Shown here: positions 14,318 to 24,542 of the stretch, piece after piece
Layout of the letters: each line of letters opens with the position of its first letter
Position numbering within the stretch: the stretch's first letter is position 1
Virus record (IMG/VR): IMGVR_UViG_3300034102_001457
Span: 1 to 64,000 of that record
Origin: a virus
Length of the DNA stretch: 64,000 nt
Strand: one strand, 5' to 3'
Made by a program: the position numbers and the translations under genes
Notes under the pieces: generated by a model
What the model was told of the DNA's origin: nothing
Databases searched by the model: none
Seen by the model: only the letters and a program-made list of their open reading frames with translations

Positions 14318-15703
14318 ATGGCAAGATTATTTGTAACTGATATCAATCTGAATAAGAATGAACTTCAGAATGCCAGAATTCAGGGGCTTACAGCAAATCC
14401 ATCAGCTCCTGTAACTGGACAGATTTACTACAACACAGTAGAAAATGTAATGTACTACTACAATGGACTTGCATCACCTAATGGTCCATGGATGCCAATG
14501 TCTGGCTCCCAAGAAGTCATTCAAGATGTTATCGGTTCATCAGTTCTTGGCGGAACAGCATTAACTGCTACATATAACGATACAGCAGGAACAACAACTC
14601 TTAAACTTAATGATACTACAGTAACACCAGGATCATATGGATCACAAACACAGATTCCTACTTTTACAGTAGATGCACAAGGTCGCTTAACAGCAGCAGG
14701 AACAGTAGATGTTGCAACAACACTTACAGTTTCAGGCGATGGAGCAGATTCAACATCAATCAATTTATTGACAGAAACACTAGAGGTTAACGGCGGAGAA
14801 GGAATTGATGTTCTTGTAACAGATAACACAATTACAATATCAGCAGAAGATGCAACCTCATCAAATAAGGGTGTTGCAAGCTTTGACGCAACAGACTTTA
14901 CAGTAACATCAGGCGCAGTAACATTAAATGCTGAGCGTGTACAAGATATTGTTGGCGGACAAATTGTTGCAGGCGAAGGCATCGATGTAACATACGATGA
15001 TGCAGCAGGAACCCTAACAGTAGATGCAGAAATTGCAACAACTACAAACCGTGGTGTTGCTTCTTTTGCTACAGCAGATTTTACCGTAACAGATGGCGCA
15101 GTATCTGTTAAGAACGTAAACCTTGGAACACAAACCACTGGTGATTACGTTGCAAATATCACAGGAACAGCTAACGAAGTAACAGTTAGCCCTACATCTG
15201 GAGAAGGAACCACAGTAACAATTGGTTTACCAGATGATGTAACAATTACCAACAACTTAAATGTTGGCGGAAACCTTAATGTAACTGGAACAATTAACTC
15301 AGTAAATACCACTCAGGTAAATATTGTTGATAATAAGATTAACCTTAATACTGACTTTACTGGAACTCCAACAGCAGATGCTGGAATTCGTGTAGAGCGT
15401 GGCGAAGGTGCAGATGTAGAAATTCTATGGAACGAGTCTGATGATCGCTGGACCCTTACAAATAATGGTACAAATTATCACGCAATTACAAGAAAGTTTT
15501 CAGGAACAATTGGAAACGGTGTTTTAACACAGATACCTGTAACCCACAACCTTGGAGCAAGAGATGTCTCTGTTCAAGTTTATGATTCTAATACATACGA
15601 AACCGTAGAGTGCGATGTAGTTAGAACTTCTACAAGTGTTGTAACACTAGGATTCACAGTAGCACCAGCCGCTGGAGCATATACGGTAGTAATCGTAGGA
15701 TAA
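14318..15703 (+). CDS. Tail-fibre-like structural protein
   Basis: Repeated QD.VG and KGVASF units; Thr-rich. Confidence 0.7.
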   Translation: MARLFVTDINLNKNELQNARIQGLTANPSAPVTGQIYYNTVENVMYYYNGLASPNGPWMPMSGSQEVIQDVIGSSVLGGTALTATYNDTAGTTTLKLNDTTVTPGSYGSQTQIPTFTVDAQGRLTAAGTVDVATTLTVSGDGADSTSINLLTETLEVNGGEGIDVLVTDNTITISAEDATSSNKGVASFDATDFTVTSGAVTLNAERVQDIVGGQIVAGEGIDVTYDDAAGTLTVDAEIATTTNRGVASFATADFTVTDGAVSVKNVNLGTQTTGDYVANITGTANEVTVSPTSGEGTTVTIGLPDDVTITNNLNVGGNLNVTGTINSVNTTQVNIVDNKINLNTDFTGTPTADAGIRVERGEGADVEILWNESDDRWTLTNNGTNYHAITRKFSGTIGNGVLTQIPVTHNLGARDVSVQVYDSNTYETVECDVVRTSTSVVTLGFTVAPAAGAYTVVIVG

Positions 15704-15714
15704 GGGGGCATTAA

Positions 15715-16017
15715 GTGTCTGTAAAAAGATTAGTCCCTTTACATGCAGTAGCATTAGAATCAGATCCAGTTGTAGGTAGAATTGGTGATCTTTATTATAA
15801 TGTAACAGAATCAGAGCTAAGATACTATGATGGTACCACCTGGAATCCAATCGGTGGCGGAGCAATTACTGGCTTATTAGACCATGTTCATACTTACGAC
15901 GGAAATGTTTTTTCTGTTTCGGAATCTACAGTTGCATCAACTGGAACCTTAGATGGAGGAAATCCATTTTCAGAGTTTGGAAACTTACCAGGAAATCTTG
16001 ATGCAGGTGAAGCGTAA
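15715..16017 (+). CDS. Small fibre-associated protein
   Basis: GDLYYN...YYDGTTW. Confidence 0.6.
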   Translation: MSVKRLVPLHAVALESDPVVGRIGDLYYNVTESELRYYDGTTWNPIGGGAITGLLDHVHTYDGNVFSVSESTVASTGTLDGGNPFSEFGNLPGNLDAGEA

Positions 16018-16973
16018 TGGCTATTGTACAAATAAGACGTGGCACTACATCTCAATGGTCTCAATCTACTAAAATATTAAAAGTAGGCGAGCTTGGAATA
16101 GATACAACTCTTAATAGATTAAAAATTGGTAACGGTACAAGTCTTTGGAGTAACCTTCCTTTTATTATAGGAGATAGAGGTGCAGATAGTACAGTTCCAG
16201 GTCCAAAGGGCGATACTGGAGATCAGGGCCCAGTTGGCCCAACAGGTGCAGCAAGTACTGTGCCTGGACCACAAGGTCCAGCAGGGCCGCAAGGGCCACA
16301 AGGACTAAAAGGCGATACAGGATTAACAGGACCAAAAGGCGATACAGGATTAACTGGCGCAGCAGGTGCACAAGGAATTCAAGGTTTAACAGGTCCACAA
16401 GGTTTAAGAGGAGAAACAGGTTTAACAGGTGCAGCAGGTGCAGCAAGCACCGTACCTGGGCCACAGGGTTTAAAGGGAGATACTGGTGACACAGGACCAC
16501 AAGGTCCACAAGGATTAAAGGGCGATACTGGAGATCAGGGCCCAGCAGGCGCAGCAACTTTTAATGGACAAACAGATGTAACAAACGCTGGTCTTACAAT
16601 TGATAAAATTGCTTATCCTGCAATTACTAGGTTAGATGTAACAAATAGTGGATCTTCAGCATATCTATTTATGAATCAATATGGCGGAAGCAATCCAACA
16701 ATATATGCAATTTCAGGTACAACCATAGCATTTAATTTAAATGTTTCTGGACACCCATTTTTGATTAGATTTTCTGGAGCAAATTACAACACAGGGCTGA
16801 TTCACGTTTCAACAACAGGAGTCATATCTACTGGTACCGATGCTCAAGGCAAAACTAGCGGAACCCTATATTGGCAAATTCCTCAAGGTATAAACGGAAA
16901 TTACGGATACCTTTGCTCGTTTCATAGTGGAATGACTGGTACCATAACTATTAAGGATATAGCAACAATATGA
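16017..16973 (+). CDS. Fibre protein: Mtd_N-like head, collagen repeats, cupredoxin-like tip
   Basis: IRRGT...GELG; long (GXY)n run; GHPF...CSFHSGM. Confidence 0.8.
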   Translation: MAIVQIRRGTTSQWSQSTKILKVGELGIDTTLNRLKIGNGTSLWSNLPFIIGDRGADSTVPGPKGDTGDQGPVGPTGAASTVPGPQGPAGPQGPQGLKGDTGLTGPKGDTGLTGAAGAQGIQGLTGPQGLRGETGLTGAAGAASTVPGPQGLKGDTGDTGPQGPQGLKGDTGDQGPAGAATFNGQTDVTNAGLTIDKIAYPAITRLDVTNSGSSAYLFMNQYGGSNPTIYAISGTTIAFNLNVSGHPFLIRFSGANYNTGLIHVSTTGVISTGTDAQGKTSGTLYWQIPQGINGNYGYLCSFHSGMTGTITIKDIATI

Positions 16974-17200
16974 CAATAGAGACCGTAGGTAATTGGGAAT
17001 GGGAAGTAGAGGAAAGCGATACAGCGCCTCTGCTTAATTTGACTATCAAAAATATTTCTGAAAATAAAACAGTAAAACTACTTAATATTAATTGGGCTAC
17101 TGGAAGAGAAGACTTTTTAGAGCACTCTTACAATATGGCAATTGAAACTCTGAGCGGAGGAGACAACTGCTGTCTTGAAGGAAAGGTTGTGATGATATAA
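16970..17200 (+). CDS. Hypothetical protein
   Basis: ORF track; ATGA coupling. Confidence 0.6.
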   Translation: MTIETVGNWEWEVEESDTAPLLNLTIKNISENKTVKLLNINWATGREDFLEHSYNMAIETLSGGDNCCLEGKVVMI

Positions 17201-18673
17201 ATGGCATCTAGAATAAGAATAAGAAGAGGCACAACAACTCAATGGAACTCTTCTACCAAAATTTTGGAGTCTGGCGAACTTGGTATTGACACAACTTTAA
17301 ACAAGGTAAAAGCAGGAAACGGAATTAATATCTGGTCAGCCTTGCCTTATCTAACACCACCAGTTGCAGAAGTACAAGAAATGGCACAAGATGGAGTAGC
17401 CGCAGCTTTATCTGCTGGAACGCATTCAAATATAGTTGTATCTTACAGTGATGAGAATAACAGCATAAGTCTTTCAACTGGTCCAGATGTAGTAACAACA
17501 ACTAGTCTTTCAACAACTTTAACAGATTCAACAACTGGATATGTTCCATACGGAGATATTGGTCAGCCAGATGGAGTGGCTTCACTAGATTCAAGTGGTA
17601 AGATTCCAGACTCAGAAATTCCAGCCACTATTGCTAGAGATACAGAAATTCCATCATCAACATCTTCTCTATCAGAAGGAACAAATCTTTATTTTACAGA
17701 TGAGAGAGCACAAGATGCGGTAGGTAACAGCCTTGGATCTGGATTATCATACAATGATACAACTGGTGCAATATCTGTAGATACTTCAATTATATCTACT
17801 AAGACATATGCTGAGACAACAGCTACTACAGCAGCTACTACAGTATTTAATAATATATTGGATTCTGCTCCGACAGCTTTAAATACTTTAAATGAACTTG
17901 CAGCAGCAATAAATGATGATCAAAACTTTGCAACCACTATTACAACAGCATTAGGAACAAAATTAAATACAGCAACGGCAGCTTCTGACTATTTAAAGAT
18001 AACTGATGCTGCTTCTACATATTTATCACAAACAGCAGCTACAACAACCTACCTAGCTAAAACTCAGCCAGCTTTAGACTATCAGATTTTTAATAGTGGA
18101 ACAGGTGGATACGTAGTAAATGGAACTATAAATGGACCAATTACTTTAATTCCTGGAAAGCCTGCCAGAATTTCTATACAAGCACCAGGACATCCGTTTT
18201 GGTTTCAAACTTCATATGGAGCATACAATCAAGCAAATGTTTATGAGACTGGTATAGCAGGATCTGGAACAGCTACTGGACAAATAGAAATTTTACTTCC
18301 ACTAGATGCTCCACAGCTTTACTATGCATGTCAATTCCATGAGCCAATGAAGGGTGTTGTTTTATTTGAAAAAGATAGCAGCCTTCAAACATTTGCCGCC
18401 AAGACTGGGTCTTATACTGCAGTTTTAATGGATATGGGAAAGATTATTGAAATGTCAGGTGGCGGAACCTTTACAATAACAGATTCAACATCATTCCCAG
18501 TAGGAACAACATTTGAAGTTCTTCAAACTGGATCTTCTCAGGTAACAATAGCTGGAGATGGTTTTACTATTAATGCTACACCAGGTTTAAAGCTCAGAAC
18601 ACAGTGGTCTGCCGCAACTATAATCAAAAGAGGCACGAATAGCTGGGTCGCTTTTGGAGACTTGGTAGCTTGA
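17201..18673 (+). CDS. Fibre protein: Mtd_N-like head with internal cupredoxin-like domain
   Basis: IRRGT...GELG; LNTLNELAAA; GHPFW...CQFHEPM. Confidence 0.8.
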   Translation: MASRIRIRRGTTTQWNSSTKILESGELGIDTTLNKVKAGNGINIWSALPYLTPPVAEVQEMAQDGVAAALSAGTHSNIVVSYSDENNSISLSTGPDVVTTTSLSTTLTDSTTGYVPYGDIGQPDGVASLDSSGKIPDSEIPATIARDTEIPSSTSSLSEGTNLYFTDERAQDAVGNSLGSGLSYNDTTGAISVDTSIISTKTYAETTATTAATTVFNNILDSAPTALNTLNELAAAINDDQNFATTITTALGTKLNTATAASDYLKITDAASTYLSQTAATTTYLAKTQPALDYQIFNSGTGGYVVNGTINGPITLIPGKPARISIQAPGHPFWFQTSYGAYNQANVYETGIAGSGTATGQIEILLPLDAPQLYYACQFHEPMKGVVLFEKDSSLQTFAAKTGSYTAVLMDMGKIIEMSGGGTFTITDSTSFPVGTTFEVLQTGSSQVTIAGDGFTINATPGLKLRTQWSAATIIKRGTNSWVAFGDLVA

Positions 18674-18676
18674 TAA

Positions 18677-19759
18677 ATGTCAAGACTCAATAAAAAATTT
18701 TTTAGCCGATTAGGTATCAGAAAAGTAGATGTACCCAACCTATCTGGATTAAATAGAGACCAGGCAATAGCTGTATTAAATGCCGTTGGCTTAGTGCCAG
18801 TAGATACTCCAACAAATACAGAAAATATTAATTTAAATCTAGGAATTGTTTCTCAATCGCAAGCTGCAGGATCTACGGTTTTAATTGGTTCACAAGTTTC
18901 TTTTAATTATTATAATTATGTAGCTCCACCAAACTTTAACCCAGGATTTAACCCAGGATTCAACCCAGGATTTGCTAACCCAGGATTTAACCCAGGATTT
19001 GGTGTTGTTTGTGATTATGTTGATGCACCAACTTACTGTACTGGTGTAGACTCTCAAGGCTACGGAGATGCTTATCAGCGGTCATGGACAGCTGGATGTC
19101 CAGATGTTTATTTAGGAAGAAGTTTCTGTGGTGTTCCTAACCCAGGATTTAACCCAGGATTCAACGAACCAGCATTCAACGAACCAGCATTCAACGAACC
19201 AGCATTTGACACACCGCTCTTTGGAGGATCTGGAGATCTGACTAATCTTGATCTTAGCGCACTATTTAGTTTTGGTGGCAAAAGCGTTGGCATTACAACT
19301 TTAGTTAGAACTACCGATGGTCTTGTTAAAGCAGGAGATTTACGAGTCGGAGACACTCTTTTATCTGCAAATATTGAAGGATTCCCTTATGAAGGAGATG
19401 AAGGAATAACTGCTCAAGCGATTGCTTGGTCAGATAATAATCCTAGCATAATCCCAGAAGTTACAACTATAGCTAATATCTATAAAACACAATCTGCATA
19501 TGCGGTTGTAATTAATGAAGATATATTTTCTCAATACCACTATATTTTAATTAAAAGAAATGGCGTATCTAAGTTTGAAACTTCAGTAAATATAGTTAAA
19601 GAAACTGATTTGGTTTATTCATATGACACTAGCAGCTGGGAGCCTATTTATCTTTATGAAATAGTTCAGGCTCCACACGATATTATTTCTATCAACTGTG
19701 AGCCATACGATATGTTTTTTACAGAAAGGATGTTAACTCATGATTCAAGCGCAATATAA
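18677..19759 (+). CDS. PASTA domain + NPGF/NEPAF repeats + C-terminal Hint domain protein
   Basis: VPNLSGL...IVSQS (PASTA); 7x NPGF and 3x NEPAF; SVGITTLV..DG...DLRVGD...INCEPYDMFF...LTHDS (Hint). Confidence 0.75.
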   Translation: MSRLNKKFFSRLGIRKVDVPNLSGLNRDQAIAVLNAVGLVPVDTPTNTENINLNLGIVSQSQAAGSTVLIGSQVSFNYYNYVAPPNFNPGFNPGFNPGFANPGFNPGFGVVCDYVDAPTYCTGVDSQGYGDAYQRSWTAGCPDVYLGRSFCGVPNPGFNPGFNEPAFNEPAFNEPAFDTPLFGGSGDLTNLDLSALFSFGGKSVGITTLVRTTDGLVKAGDLRVGDTLLSANIEGFPYEGDEGITAQAIAWSDNNPSIIPEVTTIANIYKTQSAYAVVINEDIFSQYHYILIKRNGVSKFETSVNIVKETDLVYSYDTSSWEPIYLYEIVQAPHDIISINCEPYDMFFTERMLTHDSSAI

Positions 19760-20285
19760 TATTATAGAGATGAAAATGGTCGGAGAAAACCTTGTGCCCG
19801 TATTTTCTGCAATGCCTAATGAACTAAAGGGCTCCTGGATACATGTTACAAAATTAAACCATTCATCTATAAAATATGTAAGCGCAATTTATTTTAATGA
19901 TGTGCATCCCGAAAACACTGTCGTTATTTCAGATTATTTTCCTACAGAATACCCAGACTTGTATTGCACCGTTAATAAAAATGGAAGAAATGAAAGAGTT
20001 TATGTAAATCCAAAATATAGAAAAATGGGGTTGCTGGGAGTTTCTGGATTAGTTGCTAGAGCAATATTTAATGATTATTTAAATATAATTATGGATGTGC
20101 CTTTAGATAGAAGCGAAAAAACTGAAAAAGCTACTAAATTAGTTAAAGATGTATGGCAAGAAAAAATAGAAAGCATTCCTCTAGAACAAAAATCATCAAT
20201 ATCAGTATTTGATATTGACCCGCCAAGAGATCCAGCTTATCCAGATGTTTGGCATGGCCACAGACCAGGAGGAAAAAATGGTTAA
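19740..20285 (+). CDS. GNAT-like acetyltransferase-fold protein
   Basis: VYVNPKYRKMG resembles acetyl-CoA-binding motif A. Confidence 0.55.
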   Translation: MIQAQYNIIEMKMVGENLVPVFSAMPNELKGSWIHVTKLNHSSIKYVSAIYFNDVHPENTVVISDYFPTEYPDLYCTVNKNGRNERVYVNPKYRKMGLLGVSGLVARAIFNDYLNIIMDVPLDRSEKTEKATKLVKDVWQEKIESIPLEQKSSISVFDIDPPRDPAYPDVWHGHRPGGKNG

Positions 20286-20808
20286 TAAAATATTTTCAGA
20301 ACAGGATATAAGTGTTTACAGTTTTTCATATATAAGAGACACAGAGCTTCAAGTTATGCTTTCAAGCTTTGAAGAGATTTCATGGATAGAAAGAGTAAAT
20401 GGTTTTAAAGAAGGAATAATTAAAACAACAAACTTTAAAAATTTAAATTTAGAAAATAGGAGGCTATATATTAGCTATATTTCTGAAATAAATTCTTATC
20501 TTCATGACAGATCCCTTGCATTTGTTTATCCAATAGAGAATGTGTTTTTAAAAATAATTCCAGAAACATCATACATGCAAGAGTTTTTAAACCCAGGACT
20601 AATAGATACCATATCAATTATTTATATAGTAAATAGCAATCACACGGGATCTAATATTACATTCTTAAACAAAGATATTTCTATACCACTATCAAAAGGT
20701 AATTTAATAATTTTCCCATCTTCAGAAGAATATAGGTATAAGATTTCTGAAGTTTCTTCTGGAGAAATGATTGTTGGAGTTTCTTACGTAGAGGTTAAGA
20801 ATGATTAA
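20278..20808 (+). CDS. Degenerate 2OG-Fe(II) oxygenase-fold protein
   Basis: SIIYIVN...G.ITF...GNLIIFPS...VSSG pattern, but Fe ligands not evident. Confidence 0.6.
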   Translation: MVNKIFSEQDISVYSFSYIRDTELQVMLSSFEEISWIERVNGFKEGIIKTTNFKNLNLENRRLYISYISEINSYLHDRSLAFVYPIENVFLKIIPETSYMQEFLNPGLIDTISIIYIVNSNHTGSNITFLNKDISIPLSKGNLIIFPSSEEYRYKISEVSSGEMIVGVSYVEVKND

Positions 20809-21391
20809 TACAGAAAGTCAAAATAAAAACGAAAACGTTATATACAGAGAAAAAAGAAAAACAATCTCAGTTAAAGATAAATTTGATACACTGGGCCTAT
20901 ATGAAAAAATAATAAATGAATTAGATAAATCTGAAAAATTCTATGATTTCCCACATTCTAATGAAAAAGATATCAAGGTATACGATAAAAATAATTACAA
21001 TCCATTTTTTATGCATGACGAACAAATGTATTTTCTTTTTCAAAAAGTATCTCTATTAATAAAAAATGCATGTGAAAAATATCAATTTAGCTACTTAAAA
21101 AATAAATATTTTATTTACTCTTCATTAATTGAAGACCAGGACCCGTCTTTATGGTATGATGCTGGTGGTACATCAAGACCCTCAATGTTTGGAATAATTT
21201 CTCTAGACTCAGAAAAAACAAGATTACTAATTAATGAAGAAGAGTTTGAGATAGAGCCTGGAGAAATTATTGTTTCGGAAGCGGGCAATAAAATTGTTTA
21301 TTCTAATAGATTTAAATCAATAGTGTTTTATGTAAGCCCATTATCAGAAATAAAAAATCAGTATTCACAAAAGTGGATACCTTTAGTCTAA
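20801..21391 (+). CDS. Hypothetical protein, possibly a degenerate cupin/2OG fold
   Basis: C-terminal beta-rich EPGEIIV pattern; gene context. Confidence 0.45.
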   Translation: MINTESQNKNENVIYREKRKTISVKDKFDTLGLYEKIINELDKSEKFYDFPHSNEKDIKVYDKNNYNPFFMHDEQMYFLFQKVSLLIKNACEKYQFSYLKNKYFIYSSLIEDQDPSLWYDAGGTSRPSMFGIISLDSEKTRLLINEEEFEIEPGEIIVSEAGNKIVYSNRFKSIVFYVSPLSEIKNQYSQKWIPLV

Positions 21392-21407
21392 AATAAAAGG
21401 AGATATT

Positions 21408-22058
21408 ATGATAATTGACACCCCAGCAATTGGAATAAAAATATATAGAAACGCTTTGCCAGAAGCAATGAACATTCCAGCAAGGCTAGAAAAGGTCTTA
21501 AGTTCAGGTAAAAGCTCAATGTTTAAGTGGTCGATTGCCACAGTTGGAGACCACGTACAAAAATTAGATTACAGAGATTGTGTCGATTTTAAAATCAAAA
21601 GAGATTCTTTGAGGCCAGGGAATGAACTATCTGACGAAATAATATCTGTTCATGATCAAATAACAGAAAAGCTTCAAGAGTGTTTAAAGGATTACATGAG
21701 AGCATACAATACGAACACACTGCACTACATGGAAGCTATAAACTTTGTTCGTTATGGAGAAGGACAGCATTTTAAAACACACCCAGACAGCGGCCCAAGC
21801 TATTCATGCGACGTATCTACTGTTATGTATTTAAATAGCGACTATGAGGGTGGAGAGCTGTACTTCCCCCATTTTGACTATACCTATGTTCCTCAATATG
21901 GCGACATTGTGCTATTCCCATCTAGCTATCTTTTTTCACATGCCGCCTTACCAGTAAAGTCTGGAATAAAGTATTCTGCAGTAACTATGTTTTCATATAA
22001 CGATAGAAACCATCAAGATCATGGTAGGTATCAGGGCCAGGTTTCTAAAGTTCTATAG
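21408..22058 (+). CDS. Prolyl-4-hydroxylase-like 2OG-Fe(II) oxygenase
   Basis: HPD...YLNSDYEGGEL...FPS...H...V.SG.KY. Confidence 0.9.
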   Translation: MIIDTPAIGIKIYRNALPEAMNIPARLEKVLSSGKSSMFKWSIATVGDHVQKLDYRDCVDFKIKRDSLRPGNELSDEIISVHDQITEKLQECLKDYMRAYNTNTLHYMEAINFVRYGEGQHFKTHPDSGPSYSCDVSTVMYLNSDYEGGELYFPHFDYTYVPQYGDIVLFPSSYLFSHAALPVKSGIKYSAVTMFSYNDRNHQDHGRYQGQVSKVL

Positions 22059-22106
22059 ATAGGTAAAGAAACATTTAAGGTATAATTAGGGAAGAGGTGT
22101 AAGCAA

Positions 22107-23873
22107 ATGGCAACAAATTTCCCAGCGTCTTTAGACGTTCTAGTTAACCCACAGCCGAATGATTCGGTTGAGGAAGTTTCCCATTCCGCCCAACATGCAA
22201 ATGCCAACGATGCAATTGAGGCATTGGAGTCTAAGGTCGGTGCCAATAACTCTACCGACCCAAACTCTTTAGACTATAAGGTCAAAACACTTGAAACAAA
22301 TATCCTAGATATTGAAGAGGTGGAAGATCTTGTCGGCGGCTTGCTTACCACTGGAACCCATAACAATATTACAGTAGCATACGACGATGTTGCTAGAAAA
22401 ATAAATTTAACTGCTACCTATGACGATGAAGAGGTCATGGATGCAATTGCTACTTCTTTGACAGCAGGCAACGGAATAACAAAAACTTATGATGATGTTG
22501 CAAACACAATAACTTTAGCGGTAGATACCTCAGTTATGGCAGATAAGACCTACGTAAATACCGCAATATCAAACCTTGTAGATTCAGCACCAGGACTGCT
22601 AGACACTCTAAATGAAATTGCGGCAGCAATAGGAGACGATGCAAATTTTGCAACAACAATAACATCCGCTCTAGCAACAAAGTTAAATATTACAACAGCA
22701 GCAAGCACATACCTTTCAATAGCTGATGCCCCAGAGACAATATCAGATACAACAGGAGCAATGTTTGCACATAATGGGCATACAAATGTAGTTGCAACTT
22801 ATGATGATACAACTAATAGGGTAAACCTTTCAGTAATTGCTCAATTAACACAAGAACAGGCTCAAGACTATATCGCTCCTCTTTTTGTACATAATTTAAA
22901 TCCAAACATTACAGCAACCTATGATGATGAAGCAAACAAGCTAATACTAGAAACAATAATCCCTCCGTCTAAAGCTATTATGTCAGCTTCTGCCCCATCA
23001 TCTCCGTCAGACGGTCAATTCTGGCTGGACACTGATGAATTTAGAAGTGGCACAACTAGAGCCCTCAAAGTATGGAATGCTTTAACTTCAACTTGGGAAT
23101 ACATAAGCTCAGACCTATCTCTTTCTACTACAAATACCTGGACCTCAAAGAATACTTATACAAACGGTATTATTATTGGTTTAGATGCCGCACCAACTAC
23201 TCCAGTACACGGACAAATTTACTACAATAAAATTCTTAACAAGCTAAATGTTTGGGACGGCTTATTGTGGAAGGAAGTATCTGGTTCTGGCGGTGGTGGA
23301 GGCGGACTCACATTAATTCCAACAGATGCTTCTGCACCAGCAAGTACATTTTTCGTAGGTCTTATCGAGCCACCAGCGGGAGCAACAACTCTAGGAGATT
23401 TGTGGATAGACGTTGATGATGATGCTGGCGCAACAGAATTTATTTATGCTGGACCAGAAGCCCCAGCAAATTATAATACAGATACTCTTTGGATTGACAC
23501 AGATGAACCGATAACAGAATTAATATATAGTGCAAATGAGCCAGCAACCCCTTCTTACACAGGAGAGCTTTGGATAGACTTAGATGATACTTCAGGACAG
23601 TCTATTGTCTCCTCTTTGACCCCTCCAACGCCTGCAGAAACAGATCTTTGGATAGACCTAGCAAACGAAGAGGGATACTTAGAGTATAAAGATTTATTTA
23701 AAAATGGAGCAGCGTCAGTTCAAGCTTTTTCAAATTTGCCTACTGCTTCTCTTTATCCAGGGGCAATGATATACGTAGTTTCACAAAAAACAATATATGT
23801 ATCTGTTGATAATCAATGGAAAAAGATGTACCCAAACTCAGATTCAGAAGTCCTGTCTTGGATAGGATTTTGA
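22107..23873 (+). CDS. Fibre/decoration protein
   Basis: LDTLNEIAAA, YDD repeats and LWID repeats. Confidence 0.7.
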   Translation: MATNFPASLDVLVNPQPNDSVEEVSHSAQHANANDAIEALESKVGANNSTDPNSLDYKVKTLETNILDIEEVEDLVGGLLTTGTHNNITVAYDDVARKINLTATYDDEEVMDAIATSLTAGNGITKTYDDVANTITLAVDTSVMADKTYVNTAISNLVDSAPGLLDTLNEIAAAIGDDANFATTITSALATKLNITTAASTYLSIADAPETISDTTGAMFAHNGHTNVVATYDDTTNRVNLSVIAQLTQEQAQDYIAPLFVHNLNPNITATYDDEANKLILETIIPPSKAIMSASAPSSPSDGQFWLDTDEFRSGTTRALKVWNALTSTWEYISSDLSLSTTNTWTSKNTYTNGIIIGLDAAPTTPVHGQIYYNKILNKLNVWDGLLWKEVSGSGGGGGGLTLIPTDASAPASTFFVGLIEPPAGATTLGDLWIDVDDDAGATEFIYAGPEAPANYNTDTLWIDTDEPITELIYSANEPATPSYTGELWIDLDDTSGQSIVSSLTPPTPAETDLWIDLANEEGYLEYKDLFKNGAASVQAFSNLPTASLYPGAMIYVVSQKTIYVSVDNQWKKMYPNSDSEVLSWIGF

Positions 23874-23912
23874 ACAAATTTATAGTATAATGACACTTGG
23901 AGGAATTATAAT

Positions 23913-24533
23913 ATGTCACTAAAGCGTTGGAATGGAACGGCCTGGGTTGTAGTAGCAGGATCACGACCAGGAGCACAAGGTCCTCAAGGTTTACCTGGAC
24001 AAGCAGCAACAATATCTGTAGGCGCAGTAAACACATTACCTTCAGGATCAGCACCGACTGTTACAAATAGCGGAACATCTTCAGCGGCAATATTAAATTT
24101 TAGTCTTCCTACTGGAACGCAGGGCCCAGCGGGTGCTGCAGGTGCAGCGGGACCTCAAGGAACAGCTGGACAAAGAGGTTCATATAATTTCACTGGAATT
24201 GCAGATCCAACAGCACAAAACCCAGCAAACAAATTAGGTTTAGATAATTATTTAAATACAACAACGGGCGATTGGTTCCAATATAATTCAACTACATCGA
24301 CATGGACATTACAGGGAAATATTAGAGGCCCACAAGGACAGCAGGGATTAACTGGAGCAACAGGTGCAGTTGGACCTTCTGGTAATGAACTAGCTAATGA
24401 TATACTTAAGGAAACAACGGTAGCTAGGGTAGATGCAATGCTAAACCTAGGTCTATATTATCCAAAGTATACAAGTACTTTGACTCAAACAGAGTTGAAC
24501 AGTAAATTTGCAGCAACAAGTTATTTATTTTAG
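23913..24533 (+). CDS. Collagen-repeat structural protein
   Basis: GXY tracts. Confidence 0.7.
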   Translation: MSLKRWNGTAWVVVAGSRPGAQGPQGLPGQAATISVGAVNTLPSGSAPTVTNSGTSSAAILNFSLPTGTQGPAGAAGAAGPQGTAGQRGSYNFTGIADPTAQNPANKLGLDNYLNTTTGDWFQYNSTTSTWTLQGNIRGPQGQQGLTGATGAVGPSGNELANDILKETTVARVDAMLNLGLYYPKYTSTLTQTELNSKFAATSYLF

Positions 24534-24542
24534 GAGAATATA

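Noticed and set aside
16017-17400. Diversity-generating retroelement suggested by Mtd_N-like domains
   Set aside because: No reverse transcriptase and no adenine-variable TR/VR pair is visible; the motif is a generic fibre N-terminus.
19283-19759. Canonical intein
   Set aside because: It lacks the terminal Asn and a real C-extein (only SSAI follows HD), so it is better described as a C-terminal Hint autoprocessing domain.
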